Assembly (NCBI GenBank): GCA_044352465.1
Contig: JBILDU010000025.1
Span: forward strand, 1 to 34,449
DNA: 34,449 nt
Direction: 5' to 3'
Source of the DNA: Bdellovibrionota bacterium
GTDB taxonomy: Bacteria > Bdellovibrionota_C > UBA2361
Position 1 is the first letter of the stretch, and each line of letters starts with the position of its first letter. The notes beneath the pieces were generated by a model that searched no databases, was not told the DNA's origin, and worked only from the letters and a program-made list of their open reading frames with translations. Of the stretch, positions 19,738 through 29,805 are shown in pieces. Position numbers and translations under genes: made by a program.

Positions 19738-20853
19738 ATGTTCAAAGTTGCGTTGTTCGGCGCGGGGAAAATCGGTACGGCGATGACGAGCCTTTTCGGG
19801 AGCTCGGGGCGGTATCAGATAAAGGTTTGCGATAGCGATATCGCCCGCGCTCGGGCGGTGGCAGCGGGATGGGCGTGTGCCGAGGCGGTTGAGTTAAATC
19901 TCGCAGACAAAACGGGGGCAGCAAAAATCCTGGCGGGATGCGACGCAGTGCTCTCAGCGCTTCCATATTACTGCAACGTTGAGGTAGCTCACCTCGCCGC
20001 AAACGCCGGGGTCCACTACTTCGATCTCACCGAGGATGTGGCAACAACCAAAGCGGTTTCGGAGATCGCCGCTGCTGGCAAGGTCTTTATGATGCCCCAG
20101 TGCGGACTCGCGCCGGGCTTTATCTCGATTGCCGCTGCGCATCTCTTTAAATCGTTTGATACCGTCGATTCAGTAAAGATGCGGGTCGGCGCACTCCCGA
20201 TATTTCCAAGTAACCTTTTGAAGTACAACCTGACCTGGTCGACCGACGGCCTTATCAACGAGTACGGAAACATGTGCGAACTCGTCGAGGGCGGTGTCCT
20301 GAAGCAGGCCTTCCCCCTCGAAGGGCTCGAACGGTTCTCGCTCGATGGGTGCGAGTACGAAGCGTTTAACACCTCGGGTGGCCTCGGCACACTGTGCGAA
20401 ACGCTCACGGGCAAGGTGCGTTGCCTTGACTACAAGACGATCCGGTATCCGGGACACCGAGACCTCGTCGCTTTTCTCATGAACGACCTCGGCTTTAACC
20501 ACGATCGGGCAACGTTGAAGAAGGTATTTGAGCGAAGCATCCCAACGACCCCTCAAGATAAATGCATCATCTTTGTAGAGGTACGGGGTCATATCGGAGG
20601 TCGGTATGTGCAAAAGACATACGCGAGCACGATCTACAACACGACGGTCGGCCACGAGCACCTCACCGCGATTCAACTGACAACGGCTGCGGGGATCTGC
20701 GCACCGGTGGACCTTATCCTGACCGGGAAGGTGAATGTCCAAAAAGGCTTCGTGCGGTGCGAAGAGATCGCACTCACCGACTTTCTTGAGAACGAGTTCG
20801 GACGATACTACCGCGACGAGAAGGCACTCTCCGGAATTTCCTCAGGCTCCTAG
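19738..20853 (+). CDS. saccharopine dehydrogenase family protein (lysine 6-dehydrogenase-like)
   Basis: Rossmann GAGKIG, HYFDLTEDV, PQCGLAPG, YNLTWSTDGLINEY, YKTIRYPGH; start at MFKVALF. Confidence 0.92.
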   Translation: MFKVALFGAGKIGTAMTSLFGSSGRYQIKVCDSDIARARAVAAGWACAEAVELNLADKTGAAKILAGCDAVLSALPYYCNVEVAHLAANAGVHYFDLTEDVATTKAVSEIAAAGKVFMMPQCGLAPGFISIAAAHLFKSFDTVDSVKMRVGALPIFPSNLLKYNLTWSTDGLINEYGNMCELVEGGVLKQAFPLEGLERFSLDGCEYEAFNTSGGLGTLCETLTGKVRCLDYKTIRYPGHRDLVAFLMNDLGFNHDRATLKKVFERSIPTTPQDKCIIFVEVRGHIGGRYVQKTYASTIYNTTVGHEHLTAIQLTTAAGICAPVDLILTGKVNVQKGFVRCEEIALTDFLENEFGRYYRDEKALSGISSGS

Positions 20854-21452
20854 TGTTGGCGCCTGAGGTCGAGGTCGCACTCATCCTCGTGAGCCTTGCG
20901 TTGAGTATCTTCGGCGTGTGGGCGTGTATCCGCGACACCCTCACCGGCCGGATGAAACCGAACCGCGTTTCGTGGTTCCTCTGGGCTCTGGCACCGATGA
21001 TCGGAGCAGCTGCGGCTGCGAGCTCAGGCGCGGAGCTTTCCTCCTACAGCCGCACACTTCTCGCCGGAATCATGCCGGCGCTCGTCTTTGCCGCGTCTTT
21101 TTACAACACTCAAAGTTACTGGAAGACGAGTCGGTTTGATATCGCCTGCGGGGTCACCGCTCTCGCCGCGATTGTCGCCTGGGGCCTCGCCGAGTCCCCC
21201 CGTGCGGCGATAATTCTCTCCGCTACCGCTGATGGGCTCGCCGCTATTCCAACGGTCGTCAAGGCATGGCGCCATCCTGAGACCGAAACAGGCGCAATCT
21301 ACATAACAGGGTTTCTGAGTGTCGCGCTCATCTTCCCCACCGTGACGGTGTGGAGCGTGGAGAATTACCTGTTCCCACTCTACCTCGTGGTGATCAACCT
21401 CGTGCTCATCGCCGCTGTTTATCGGCCCCGATGGGCAAAAGAGCGCTCATAA
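20853..21452 (+). CDS. multi-pass membrane protein, possibly PQ-loop-like
   Basis: 199 aa, about 7 hydrophobic segments; KPNRVSWFLW and IPTVVKAWRHPETE; start overlaps upstream stop. Confidence 0.8.
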   Translation: MLAPEVEVALILVSLALSIFGVWACIRDTLTGRMKPNRVSWFLWALAPMIGAAAAASSGAELSSYSRTLLAGIMPALVFAASFYNTQSYWKTSRFDIACGVTALAAIVAWGLAESPRAAIILSATADGLAAIPTVVKAWRHPETETGAIYITGFLSVALIFPTVTVWSVENYLFPLYLVVINLVLIAAVYRPRWAKERS

Positions 21453-21603
21453 CGGGGGCCTCCTCAAATCTTAACGAGCGTGTGACTTTCGAGCGAACCG
21501 CGAGAAGCACTTCGAATAGACATCTATCGACCGAGCGGGGGGAAATACTGCCATACCAGAGTGTGGCGTTATCTTCCTGACGGGCTCGAGCCCCGGGAGC
21601 AGC

Positions 21604-22803
21604 TCAGCCGCAGAGTACCTGCGCAAGCCGCTCAATCGCCCAATCGATCTCACTCCTCTCGATGTTCAGCGGCGGCGCGAGCCGCAGCGTTTGCACCCGG
21701 GTGTCCTTACAGAGCAGTCCGACATCCATCAGGTCGTGACACACCTTTTTAGCTGGCCCGTACTCCGGCTTGATATCGATGCCGATAAAAAGTCCCTTTC
21801 CTCGCACCGCTGAGACCAGCGGGCTCTGGAGCTGTCTCAAAGCCTGTAGAAGATACGCTCCGAGCTCAGCCGCTCTCTCATGGGGGCGCTCCTCCTCAAT
21901 GATGTTTAAAACCTCGAGCGCCACCGCACACGCGAACGGGTTTCCACCGAAGGTGCTGCCGTGAGTTCCCGGGGTCAAGACATCCATCACCTCTTGACGG
22001 CCGATCACCGCGGAAATCGGGACGATTCCGCCCCCGAGCGATTTCGCAATGGTATAGATATCGGGGACTACATCCTCATGCTCACACGCGAAGATTCTCC
22101 CGGTTCGACACATCCCTGTCTGAATTTCATCGGCGATGAACAAGACGTTATGGGCTCGACAGATTGCGACGACCTCCCGCAGATACCCGTCGGGCGGTAC
22201 GATAATGCCCGCCTCCCCTTGAATCGGTTCGACCAGAACAGCCACGGTGTTTGGCGTAATCGCCGCCTCGACCGCAGCCGCATCACCGAACGGCACAATG
22301 GTGAATCCGGGGGTAAACGGACCAAAGTGCTCCTTGGCAGACGGGGAGGAGCTGAAACTAATAATCGTTGTCGTCCGCCCCGCAAAATTTTGTCCGAGGC
22401 AGATAATCTCGGCGTGATTATCGGGGACCCCTTTTTTCTCGTAGCCCCATTTGCGGGCGATCTTGATGGCGCTCTCCACCGCTTCAGCACCGGAGTTCAT
22501 GAGTAGGACGGCATCAAGCTTGCTGAGCCGCGCGAGCCGCTCACACAAGGGGCCGAGCTGGTCGTTGTAAAAAGCTCGGCTTGTGAGGGTCAGTTTGTCG
22601 AGCTGCGCGTGAGCCACTTTCAAAATTCGAGGATTTGAGTGGCCAAAATTGAGCGCGCCATAGGCACTCAACATATCGAGGTATCGCCTACCCTCGACGT
22701 CCCATACCCAGGCACCCGCACCGCGTGAAATGACGACCTCGAGGGGAGAGTAGTTGTGGGTGCTATAGGCCTCGGTAAGCCGTATGTGCTCGCGGGAATC
22801 CAT
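21604..22803 (-). CDS. rocD: ornithine--oxo-acid aminotransferase
   Basis: HNYSPLEVV, YLDMLSAY, LTLTSRAFYND, MNSGAEAVE, EPIQGEAG, DEIQTG, PGTHGSTFGGNP. Confidence 0.95.
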   Translation of the reverse strand: MDSREHIRLTEAYSTHNYSPLEVVISRGAGAWVWDVEGRRYLDMLSAYGALNFGHSNPRILKVAHAQLDKLTLTSRAFYNDQLGPLCERLARLSKLDAVLLMNSGAEAVESAIKIARKWGYEKKGVPDNHAEIICLGQNFAGRTTTIISFSSSPSAKEHFGPFTPGFTIVPFGDAAAVEAAITPNTVAVLVEPIQGEAGIIVPPDGYLREVVAICRAHNVLFIADEIQTGMCRTGRIFACEHEDVVPDIYTIAKSLGGGIVPISAVIGRQEVMDVLTPGTHGSTFGGNPFACAVALEVLNIIEEERPHERAAELGAYLLQALRQLQSPLVSAVRGKGLFIGIDIKPEYGPAKKVCHDLMDVGLLCKDTRVQTLRLAPPLNIERSEIDWAIERLAQVLCG

Positions 22804-22864
22804 AACCGCTATTTTAGCCCACCATCAAGGAACGGGCCAGAAAAAGCGGAGAAGGGCTCTCCCG

Positions 22865-24259
22865 TTAGAATTTCGCGTATCCAGGGAAGCGGGGGAACGG
22901 AATCACATCGCGGATGTTCTTCATCCCGGTCACGTACATGAGCAGACGCTCGAATCCAAGCCCAAACCCGGCATGCGGAACGGTGCCGAATTTTCGAAGC
23001 TCCAGATACCACCAATAGTTCTCCTCGGGGAGCTTCATCTCCCGGATCCGGCTCAACAGAACATCGTGACGCTCCTCGCGTTGGGAGCCTCCGATGATTT
23101 CGCCGAGGCCCGGAACGAGCATATCCATCGCCCGGACCGTTTTACCGTCCTCGTTCACCTTCATGTAGAACGCTTTGATGTCTTTCGGGTAATTCACCAC
23201 GATGACAGGACCCTTCACATACTCCTCGGTGAGATATCTTTCGTGTTCGGACTGGAGATCGATCCCCCACGCCACCGGGAACTCGAACTTCCGCCCACAC
23301 CCCTCGAGGACTTTGATTGCATCGGTGTAATCGAGATGGGCGAACTTCGATTCAGCCACCGATTGGAGCATCGCGATGAGTCCTTTGTCAGTCCACTCGC
23401 GCGCCTCAAAGAACTCGAGCTCCTCACCGCACTTCTCCAGAATCTCCTTGATCACGGTTTGGATGAAGTCTTGGGCGAGCGCCATATTGTCCTGGAGATC
23501 AAAAAACGCCATCTCCGGTTCGATCATCCAGAACTCGGCCAGATGTCGCGTCGTATTGGAGTTCTCCGCGCGAAACGTCGGCCCGAAGGTGTAAATATTC
23601 GAGAGCGCTGTCGCAAAGATCTCGCCCTCTAATTGGCCCGAAACGGTGAGGCTCGCCTCCCCTTTAAAAAAATCCTGGCTGTAGTCGACTTTCCCATCCA
23701 CTTTTGGTGGATTCGCCATATCAAGCGTGGTCACCCGAAACATCTCCCCGGCCCCCTCGCAATCCGAAGTCGTAATGATGGGCGAAGTGAGGTAGTAGAA
23801 TCCGCGCTCTTGGAAAAACTTATGGATCGCCATCGCCGCCACCGAGCGGACGCGAAACACCGCGCCAAAGGTATTCGACCGGGGGCGAAGGTGCAGAATC
23901 TCACGCAGAAACTCGAGGGTGTGGCCCTTCTTCTGCAGGGGGTAGGTCTCGGGGTCAGCTTCCCCGAGAAGCTCAATCGAGCTCACCTGAAACTCGTATT
24001 TTTGAGCCCGACCTGCGGTCTCGATAAGCTCGCCGTTAACCCGTATGGCCGCACCGGTTCCGATTCGGGGGGCTATGGGAGCGTAGCTCTCAAGGGTTGG
24101 ATTCAAAACGAGCTGGAGGCCTTTCACGGCCGTACCGTCGGTAAGCTCGATAAACGAGACGTTCTTCGATTGGCGATGGGTTCTAACCCACCCCGAAAAC
24201 TCGTAACGCCCAACGCTAACCTTGTCTTGGTGAATATCGCGGATAGAAAATTTGTTCAT
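22865..24259 (-). CDS. asnS: asparagine--tRNA ligase
   Basis: [52 protein letters not shown]. Confidence 0.98.
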   Translation of the reverse strand: MNKFSIRDIHQDKVSVGRYEFSGWVRTHRQSKNVSFIELTDGTAVKGLQLVLNPTLESYAPIAPRIGTGAAIRVNGELIETAGRAQKYEFQVSSIELLGEADPETYPLQKKGHTLEFLREILHLRPRSNTFGAVFRVRSVAAMAIHKFFQERGFYYLTSPIITTSDCEGAGEMFRVTTLDMANPPKVDGKVDYSQDFFKGEASLTVSGQLEGEIFATALSNIYTFGPTFRAENSNTTRHLAEFWMIEPEMAFFDLQDNMALAQDFIQTVIKEILEKCGEELEFFEAREWTDKGLIAMLQSVAESKFAHLDYTDAIKVLEGCGRKFEFPVAWGIDLQSEHERYLTEEYVKGPVIVVNYPKDIKAFYMKVNEDGKTVRAMDMLVPGLGEIIGGSQREERHDVLLSRIREMKLPEENYWWYLELRKFGTVPHAGFGLGFERLLMYVTGMKNIRDVIPFPRFPGYAKF

Positions 24260-24355
24260 AGCGGCTAAAATCTATTAAAACCCCCAAAAAAAATCAAAAG
24301 AATGTGGAGTCTTTCAAATGCTGTAGGGGTATACTAGACTACCGGCCTATCATAT

Positions 24356-24430
24356 CGGGGTGTAGCTCAGCCTGGCTAGAGCACTAGTTTTGGGAACTAG
24401 GGGTCGCTGGTTCAAATCCAGTCACCCCGA
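24356..24430 (+). tRNA. tRNA-Pro(TGG)
   Basis: Acceptor stem CGGGGTG/CACCCCG; anticodon arm CTAGT-TTTGGGA-ACTAG; CCA not encoded. Confidence 0.96.
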
Positions 24431-24479
24431 TATATCTTCGTCTGAAGGATTCGGCGCATAGGTCCCCGCGGGTTCGAGG

Positions 24480-24512
24480 CAATCTGCTCTCATCCAATCT
24501 GCTCTCATCCAA
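24480..24512. repeat. 15-bp tandem repeat
   Basis: CAATCTGCTCTCATC x2 followed by CAA. Confidence 0.85.
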
Positions 24513-24582
24513 AGTGGCCCGCCTGAAGAGCCGCCGAGATCTCTGCGCGCTTATTGTTTGATTTTCTCTCTGCGCTGGTTGC

Positions 24583-25287
24583 TCAGCCGCTTCGCTGGTT
24601 CGCCGCTTGAGCGGCGAGTCGGTAGAGCTCCTCCCGGAATGCTCGCACCTCTCGACGAATATCCTCGGCCGGATAGGCCACCCCTATGGGAAGGACACGG
24701 GTGGACCCAGCATCTTCACGAAGAACGCCCGCGGTGACTTTGTCGGAGCACAGAAGCTCCTGAGCTTTGTAGGAGAGCTCGTCCGGCATTAAAATCGCCG
24801 AGTATGCCCCGGGCGGGGGCCGGCCACTTCGACGGAGCACCCAATCGATCGACCACGGCTCAGAGTCGTCCGGCACTAAGAAACCGCTCAGAGATGCGAT
24901 CGTGGGAGTTTTACCGACTCGATTTATCGCTCGAACGATGCTCCCCGTCGCCTCACCGGAGTGAATCACCTCCGTGACGATCAGCGGATGCTCCCCGAGA
25001 GCACTGACACCATGAGGATTCAGGGTCGCTTCTGTCCTTTTCCCTGAGGCATCCGGTCCCGGGGGGCACACAAATAGTATCGGCAGCGAATGCCCCAGAC
25101 GATCGAGAGCCCGGTGGAGAAACAGCCCGATGGCACGTCCGCTTGTATCATCAACAACAAGCGAGCTCACCCGACCGCACTCAACTTCGGGGAGTATCTT
25201 ATCAAGAAGCCCAAGTAGGCTTCGTTCGATAACCTCTAACCTCTGGGCAGCAGCACCGCTTTGACGAGATGGCTCTTGCATATTCAT
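24583..25287 (-). CDS. hypothetical protein, phosphoribosyltransferase-like
   Basis: PLIVTEVIHSGEAT resembles the PRPP loop hhhDDhhxTGxT; start taken at MNMQEP. Confidence 0.65.
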   Translation of the reverse strand: MNMQEPSRQSGAAAQRLEVIERSLLGLLDKILPEVECGRVSSLVVDDTSGRAIGLFLHRALDRLGHSLPILFVCPPGPDASGKRTEATLNPHGVSALGEHPLIVTEVIHSGEATGSIVRAINRVGKTPTIASLSGFLVPDDSEPWSIDWVLRRSGRPPPGAYSAILMPDELSYKAQELLCSDKVTAGVLREDAGSTRVLPIGVAYPAEDIRREVRAFREELYRLAAQAANQRSG

Positions 25288-25460
25288 GCCCCAGCGTATC
25301 AAAAAGCCCCCTCCCCACTCAAAAGCAGGGCTCCTCATTATTCCGCCCTCAGCAGGAACCAATCGATTTCCCCGTGCACTCCACCGTCAAAGGGACTAGA
25401 ATTCAGAGCTAACTGGGTGAAGTCCCCCTTATTGAAGGCGAGCCTTAGAGCAGAGTTGGG

Positions 25461-25487
25461 GAAACAAATTCAGCCCCCAACCGATAA
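25461..25487 (+). promoter_or_regulatory. candidate sigma28-type promoter upstream of pilP
   Basis: GAAA-N15-ACCGATAA vs consensus TAAA-N15-GCCGATAA. Confidence 0.3.
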
Positions 25488-25529
25488 CAGGTGGTGCGTA
25501 GGGTCGATCTTTACCCCTCGTCAAAAAAA

Positions 25530-26135
25530 ATGAATCAACTGTCGTTCAATAGCCGCACCGTCAAAATAGGTGCACTTGTCGTCGGTATCGTGCTCATTGC
25601 ACAACTCCTCTTTATTGGCCTGTTCTCGGGCGGGGCGGAGCCTGAAGGGGCCGGATCGACTGAGATTTCAAGCGGAGGAACACCCCCTGCTCCGGTCGCA
25701 TCGCCCACACCCGCGCGGGGTTCGTCAGGGCGACTGACGGCGGATGCTGTGGCCGCGCTCCCTGAGGAGGAGACGCCAACCGGCTTTGTCTACAACGCGG
25801 CGGGCAAACGCGACCCGTTCCGGCCATTCGACTTCTCTCCAAAGGATGCCGAACGCGACGATCTCTCACCCCTAGAGCGGTACGAGATCGGGCAGTTAAA
25901 GTTAACAGCCGTGCTCGATGGGTTCGAGGAACCAACCGCGATCGTTGAGAACGCGGCGGGCCGCGGCTTCACCGTCCGCCGGGGAACAAAGATCGGTCCT
26001 CACGGGGGCACGATTACCGAGGTCTTAAAGGACAAATTACTAATCGTCGAAACGACAACCGATTTCGCGGGCGTCTCAAAAACCCGCACGATCGAACTAC
26101 CGATTCGAACCAAAGACCAAAAGGAAAACTTATGA
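25530..26135 (+). CDS. pilP: type IV pilus assembly protein PilP
   Basis: YNAAGKRDPFRP, LSPLERYEIGQLKLTAV, AIVE...GRGFTVRRGTKIG..GG.I; N-terminal TM anchor. Confidence 0.9.
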   Translation: MNQLSFNSRTVKIGALVVGIVLIAQLLFIGLFSGGAEPEGAGSTEISSGGTPPAPVASPTPARGSSGRLTADAVAALPEEETPTGFVYNAAGKRDPFRPFDFSPKDAERDDLSPLERYEIGQLKLTAVLDGFEEPTAIVENAAGRGFTVRRGTKIGPHGGTITEVLKDKLLIVETTTDFAGVSKTRTIELPIRTKDQKENL

Positions 26136-26566
26136 AATCTGGCAGCTTTTCGACCATCGTCCGGGCGAGCTTAACTATCGCTTTCACCCTTATGGCGCTC
26201 GGCTGCGAGAGCTCCCAGAGCCCGGATAATCCGGAGACCCGTCGACTCGCGGCGCTCCGGTACCATCAAGCTCTGCCGATGGAGCAGATGATGGACGAGC
26301 TCACCTCACAACTGGCGATGCAAGCGCCCGCTGAGGCGCGCGAGGAGATGAAGAAGATGATGTTTGATGGGCTTGATTTCAAGCGCCTCCGCGACGTCTC
26401 GGTAGAGCTGATGGTGAAGCATTTCTCCGCCGGCGAGATCGACTCCCTGACCAACTTTTACAGCTCGGCTGAGGGCCGTTCAGTAATGCAGAAGATGCCG
26501 ACCTACACGGCGGAACTGATGCCGGTCATCCAACAAGAGGTGATGCGGAACCTTCCCACGCCGTAA
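26132..26566 (+). CDS. DUF2059-type lipoprotein
   Basis: Lipobox-like ALGC; KHFSAGEIDSLTNFYSSAEGRSVMQKMP; ATGA overlap with pilP. Confidence 0.85.
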   Translation: MKSGSFSTIVRASLTIAFTLMALGCESSQSPDNPETRRLAALRYHQALPMEQMMDELTSQLAMQAPAEAREEMKKMMFDGLDFKRLRDVSVELMVKHFSAGEIDSLTNFYSSAEGRSVMQKMPTYTAELMPVIQQEVMRNLPTP

Positions 26567-26589
26567 CAAGGATGACGGGAATCAGACAA

Positions 26590-27561
26590 CTACCGCTGCT
26601 TACGAACCTCAGATGCCGTCGTGACAGGGGTAAATAAAGAGCGGGTACCCGTCGGAACGCCAAGCTCTGTCCGCAAGATATTAAGAAGCGCGCTATCCCC
26701 GTTCCCGTGGATTAGGACTGAACGAAGAGTAGCAAGAGCTGACTGCTTGAGGCGCGAAACGCGCACCTCCGACACCCCAAGCTCCCTCGCGATGTCTCCT
26801 GGCATCACACCGTGTCTCACAATAAGTTCGAAGACGCGCCCTTCTTGAGGTGAGAGACACCGTCGAACGGTTCGCCACATATCCTCCACCACACTGCGGT
26901 GGTCAACGGCGACCTCGCGAAGATCCGGTACCGCCTCCGCCGAGCTTCGCGCTCTCTCCCCCCGCAAGTCGGTGTTCGGCCCCTGCGATCCCACTCGTAA
27001 ACCCTCGAGGTGACGGACCCGCGGTGCCGCGACGAGTGTGGAGCCGACCCGAACCTCCTCCTTGCTCAGACCGGTCCGTGCCTCTATCTCCTCGAGCGAC
27101 GGGCGCAATACCCCCTCACTTTTAAGCTCTTCATTAGCACGGTAAAATTTTCGAACAATCGTTCGCTCGCGTCGACTGAGCGGGTCTTGAGCCCGTAAAC
27201 CATCGAGCATGGCTCCTTGAATTCGCATCCCGGCGAACGTCGCAAATTTAGCGCCGAGACTCGGCTTGAAGGAGTTCACTGCTCCAAGCAAACCGATCGA
27301 GCCGAGCTGCACTAAATCATCGCGATCAACAAAATTGGGGAACCCGGCCCGCGCATGGATGCGACGGGCGACATCCCGGATTGTCGGGAGCATCGCGTGA
27401 GCTATCTCACTATAAAGGTCGGGAGAGCGATTATACTGAAAGCGCACAACGAGGTCCCCCACCCGATCCACGGTCACACCGCTCGCAGAATTCGGCTTCG
27501 GTTCGATGAGGGTAGCGACCCCCGACGATAAGGAGGAAGGCTGAAAAGCTTGTTGCATCAT
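26590..27561 (-). CDS. FliA/WhiG-family (sigma28-like) RNA polymerase sigma factor
   Basis: DDLVQLGSIGLLGAVNSFKPSLGAKFATFAGMRIQGAMLDGLRAQD; region 4 IARELGVSEVRVSRL; start uncertain. Confidence 0.88.
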   Translation of the reverse strand: MMQQAFQPSSLSSGVATLIEPKPNSASGVTVDRVGDLVVRFQYNRSPDLYSEIAHAMLPTIRDVARRIHARAGFPNFVDRDDLVQLGSIGLLGAVNSFKPSLGAKFATFAGMRIQGAMLDGLRAQDPLSRRERTIVRKFYRANEELKSEGVLRPSLEEIEARTGLSKEEVRVGSTLVAAPRVRHLEGLRVGSQGPNTDLRGERARSSAEAVPDLREVAVDHRSVVEDMWRTVRRCLSPQEGRVFELIVRHGVMPGDIARELGVSEVRVSRLKQSALATLRSVLIHGNGDSALLNILRTELGVPTGTRSLFTPVTTASEVRKQR

Positions 27562-27763
27562 CGTAGCTGTTTCAAATGATTCTCCGCGACAAATATCTCC
27601 TCGACATGAAAGGGCGGAGACTTTCACCAAGGCGACACCGAGCAATTCCCCAGCTGGAAAGTTGTTCAGCGCTCCCTCAAGGTACCGCTCCCATCTGGGC
27701 TAATCAAATATCGACAACCCTGCGGAAAATCGAGAAACGCCTCCGGCTCGCTATTCCGATGGG

Positions 27764-29335
27764 TTACACCGTACGATGGTGAATTTCGACCGCCGGTCCC
27801 AGCGCGCCACCACGGCAATACCGCTCAAGCCGCTCCAACGACCGGAATTGAGCCGCCTCAGCCACATGAGCAGCGCTCACTCGGGCCTCGCCTGCGAGAT
27901 CAGCGATCGTTCGGGCAACCCGTAGTATTCGAAGGTATCCCCGCGCGCTAAGTCCGATCTTGGCTGCGACGGTCTCAAGAAGGTTAAGGGCAGCTGCATC
28001 TGCCTGCAAAACATCCTTTATCTGGATCGCAGAGAGCGTCGAGTTGAGATGGCGAGAGCGGTATAATTGGCGATCACGGGCCTGTGCAACCGCAGCACGT
28101 AAGCGGAGTTCTTCACTTAACCGATCGGTCGTCGGACCGGTGGTGATCCGGCTGAGCGGTACGGCTGAGAGTTCAACATGAAGATCGATTCGATCGAGTA
28201 TCGGTTGGGAGATCTTAGCGATGTAATTATGAATCGCGTTTCGGGAGCAGAGACAGCCTCCCCCAGGGGCACCGAGGCGCCCACACGGGCACGGGTTCAT
28301 CGCGGCAATAAGCTGAAAGGAGGCGGGAAACGTTACCGCCGCCTTTGCCCGAACGATGTTTACGGCGCCGGACTCAAGGGGTGCGCGCATCGACTCAAGC
28401 GCGGAACGGCGAAACTCGGGGAACTCATCGAGAAAGAGGACACCGCGATGAGCCAGACTTATCTCACCTGGGCGGGGGGCGCTCCCTCCACCGATGAGAC
28501 CAACGTCGGAAATGATATGGTGTGGCGAGCGAAACGGCCGTGCCCCGAGGAGGATATCTTTGATGGGGAGCCCCGCGACCGAGTGGATCTTCACAACTTC
28601 GAGGGTCTCTTCCTTCGTTAATGCAGGGGTCAGAGAACCGAAGGCGCTCGCCAGCATGCTCTTACCACACCCGGGAGGGCCGATGAGAAGGATATTGTGT
28701 CCCCCTGCGGCGGCGATGATAAGGCCACGCTTGGCCGAATCCTGCCCCCAGACATCGCTGATGAGGCGTTCCTCCCCGCGGACGGCCGGTGCCAGCGCGG
28801 AGTGACGCGCCCCACCCCGAGGTTCGACACCATCGCGTAGATACTCAATAAGCTCAGCCAGTGAGGTGACACCCACCGTTTGAACCCCGGTGATGAGTCT
28901 TGCTTCAGCCTCGTTCTCAACAGGGACGACCGCTTCGCGCACTCCCTTCTCGAGCGCCTCGATAGTCAGCGCGAGGATCCCCCGCACGGGCCGGATAGCG
29001 CCATCGAGCGATAGTTCACCGTGGAAAGATCGCCCCACGGCGACCTCGCTCGCGAGCTGTCCTGAGGCGAGCAGAATCCCGAGAGCGATTGAGAGGTCAA
29101 GACCTGCCCCCTCCTTCTTTATCTCAGCAGGTGCGAGACTCACTAAGATCTGATCGGGTAACCCGAACCCGGTTTGCCGCAGCGCCGACATGACTCGCTC
29201 CCGCGACTCCCGCACCGCCCCATCTCCGAGGCCGATAATAGTGAAGGCCGGGGCCCCATCACGCACGCGAACCTCGACGTCGATACTAAGGGCATCCAGT
29301 CCGGTGAGAACTCCGGTCCTTACTTTGGCTAACAT
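27764..29335 (-). CDS. comM: YifB/ComM family Mg-chelatase-like AAA+ ATPase
   Basis: VRESRERV, GELSLDG, GPPGCGKSMLA, RPFRSPHH, PGEISLAHRGVLFLDE, AAMNPCPCG, LSARGY.RILRVARTIADL. Confidence 0.95.
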   Translation of the reverse strand: MLAKVRTGVLTGLDALSIDVEVRVRDGAPAFTIIGLGDGAVRESRERVMSALRQTGFGLPDQILVSLAPAEIKKEGAGLDLSIALGILLASGQLASEVAVGRSFHGELSLDGAIRPVRGILALTIEALEKGVREAVVPVENEAEARLITGVQTVGVTSLAELIEYLRDGVEPRGGARHSALAPAVRGEERLISDVWGQDSAKRGLIIAAAGGHNILLIGPPGCGKSMLASAFGSLTPALTKEETLEVVKIHSVAGLPIKDILLGARPFRSPHHIISDVGLIGGGSAPRPGEISLAHRGVLFLDEFPEFRRSALESMRAPLESGAVNIVRAKAAVTFPASFQLIAAMNPCPCGRLGAPGGGCLCSRNAIHNYIAKISQPILDRIDLHVELSAVPLSRITTGPTTDRLSEELRLRAAVAQARDRQLYRSRHLNSTLSAIQIKDVLQADAAALNLLETVAAKIGLSARGYLRILRVARTIADLAGEARVSAAHVAEAAQFRSLERLERYCRGGALGPAVEIHHRTV

Positions 29336-29805
29336 AACTTCTCTCCCGTAGATACTCGCCTCGCGTGCTTTAAGCACCAAGAGCGTGTCGCAAAATGTCC
29401 CGCCTGCCCTGTGCTATCTGGGCGAAATGATGGCGCCGAGGCTCACACTGGGGTCTTCGCGGTAGCTCTGCTACCGCTCCGCGCCCGGAGTCTTTTCACC
29501 CCGGCGGGAAGCCGCGCATTTCGGTAGAACCGAAACTCCCCGGCGGGATGTCAATGAATGCTCATAGATCGTCACACCCAATACATTTCGGAGGTGAACA
29601 AACTTATCGGCCGGGATACTAGGTTTTCGGAAAATCGGCCGAAAAGTTGCCAAAAACTGGGGGCTTTTGATGGCCCACTTTATGCAATTACTGGAGAAGA
29701 GCTGTATAGACCCTCCCAGAAGCTCGATAAGCGACTGGAGAGGGTCGATTTTTCCACTGACCTCGGCACATTTTGCCGATGCGATCACTACGGGATTCCC
29801 GTTTT

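Noticed and set aside
29604..29611. Perfect sigma28 -10 box GCCGATAA (minus) upstream of comM
   Set aside because: No correctly spaced -35; an 8-mer is expected about once by chance in this window, and another copy lies inside comM
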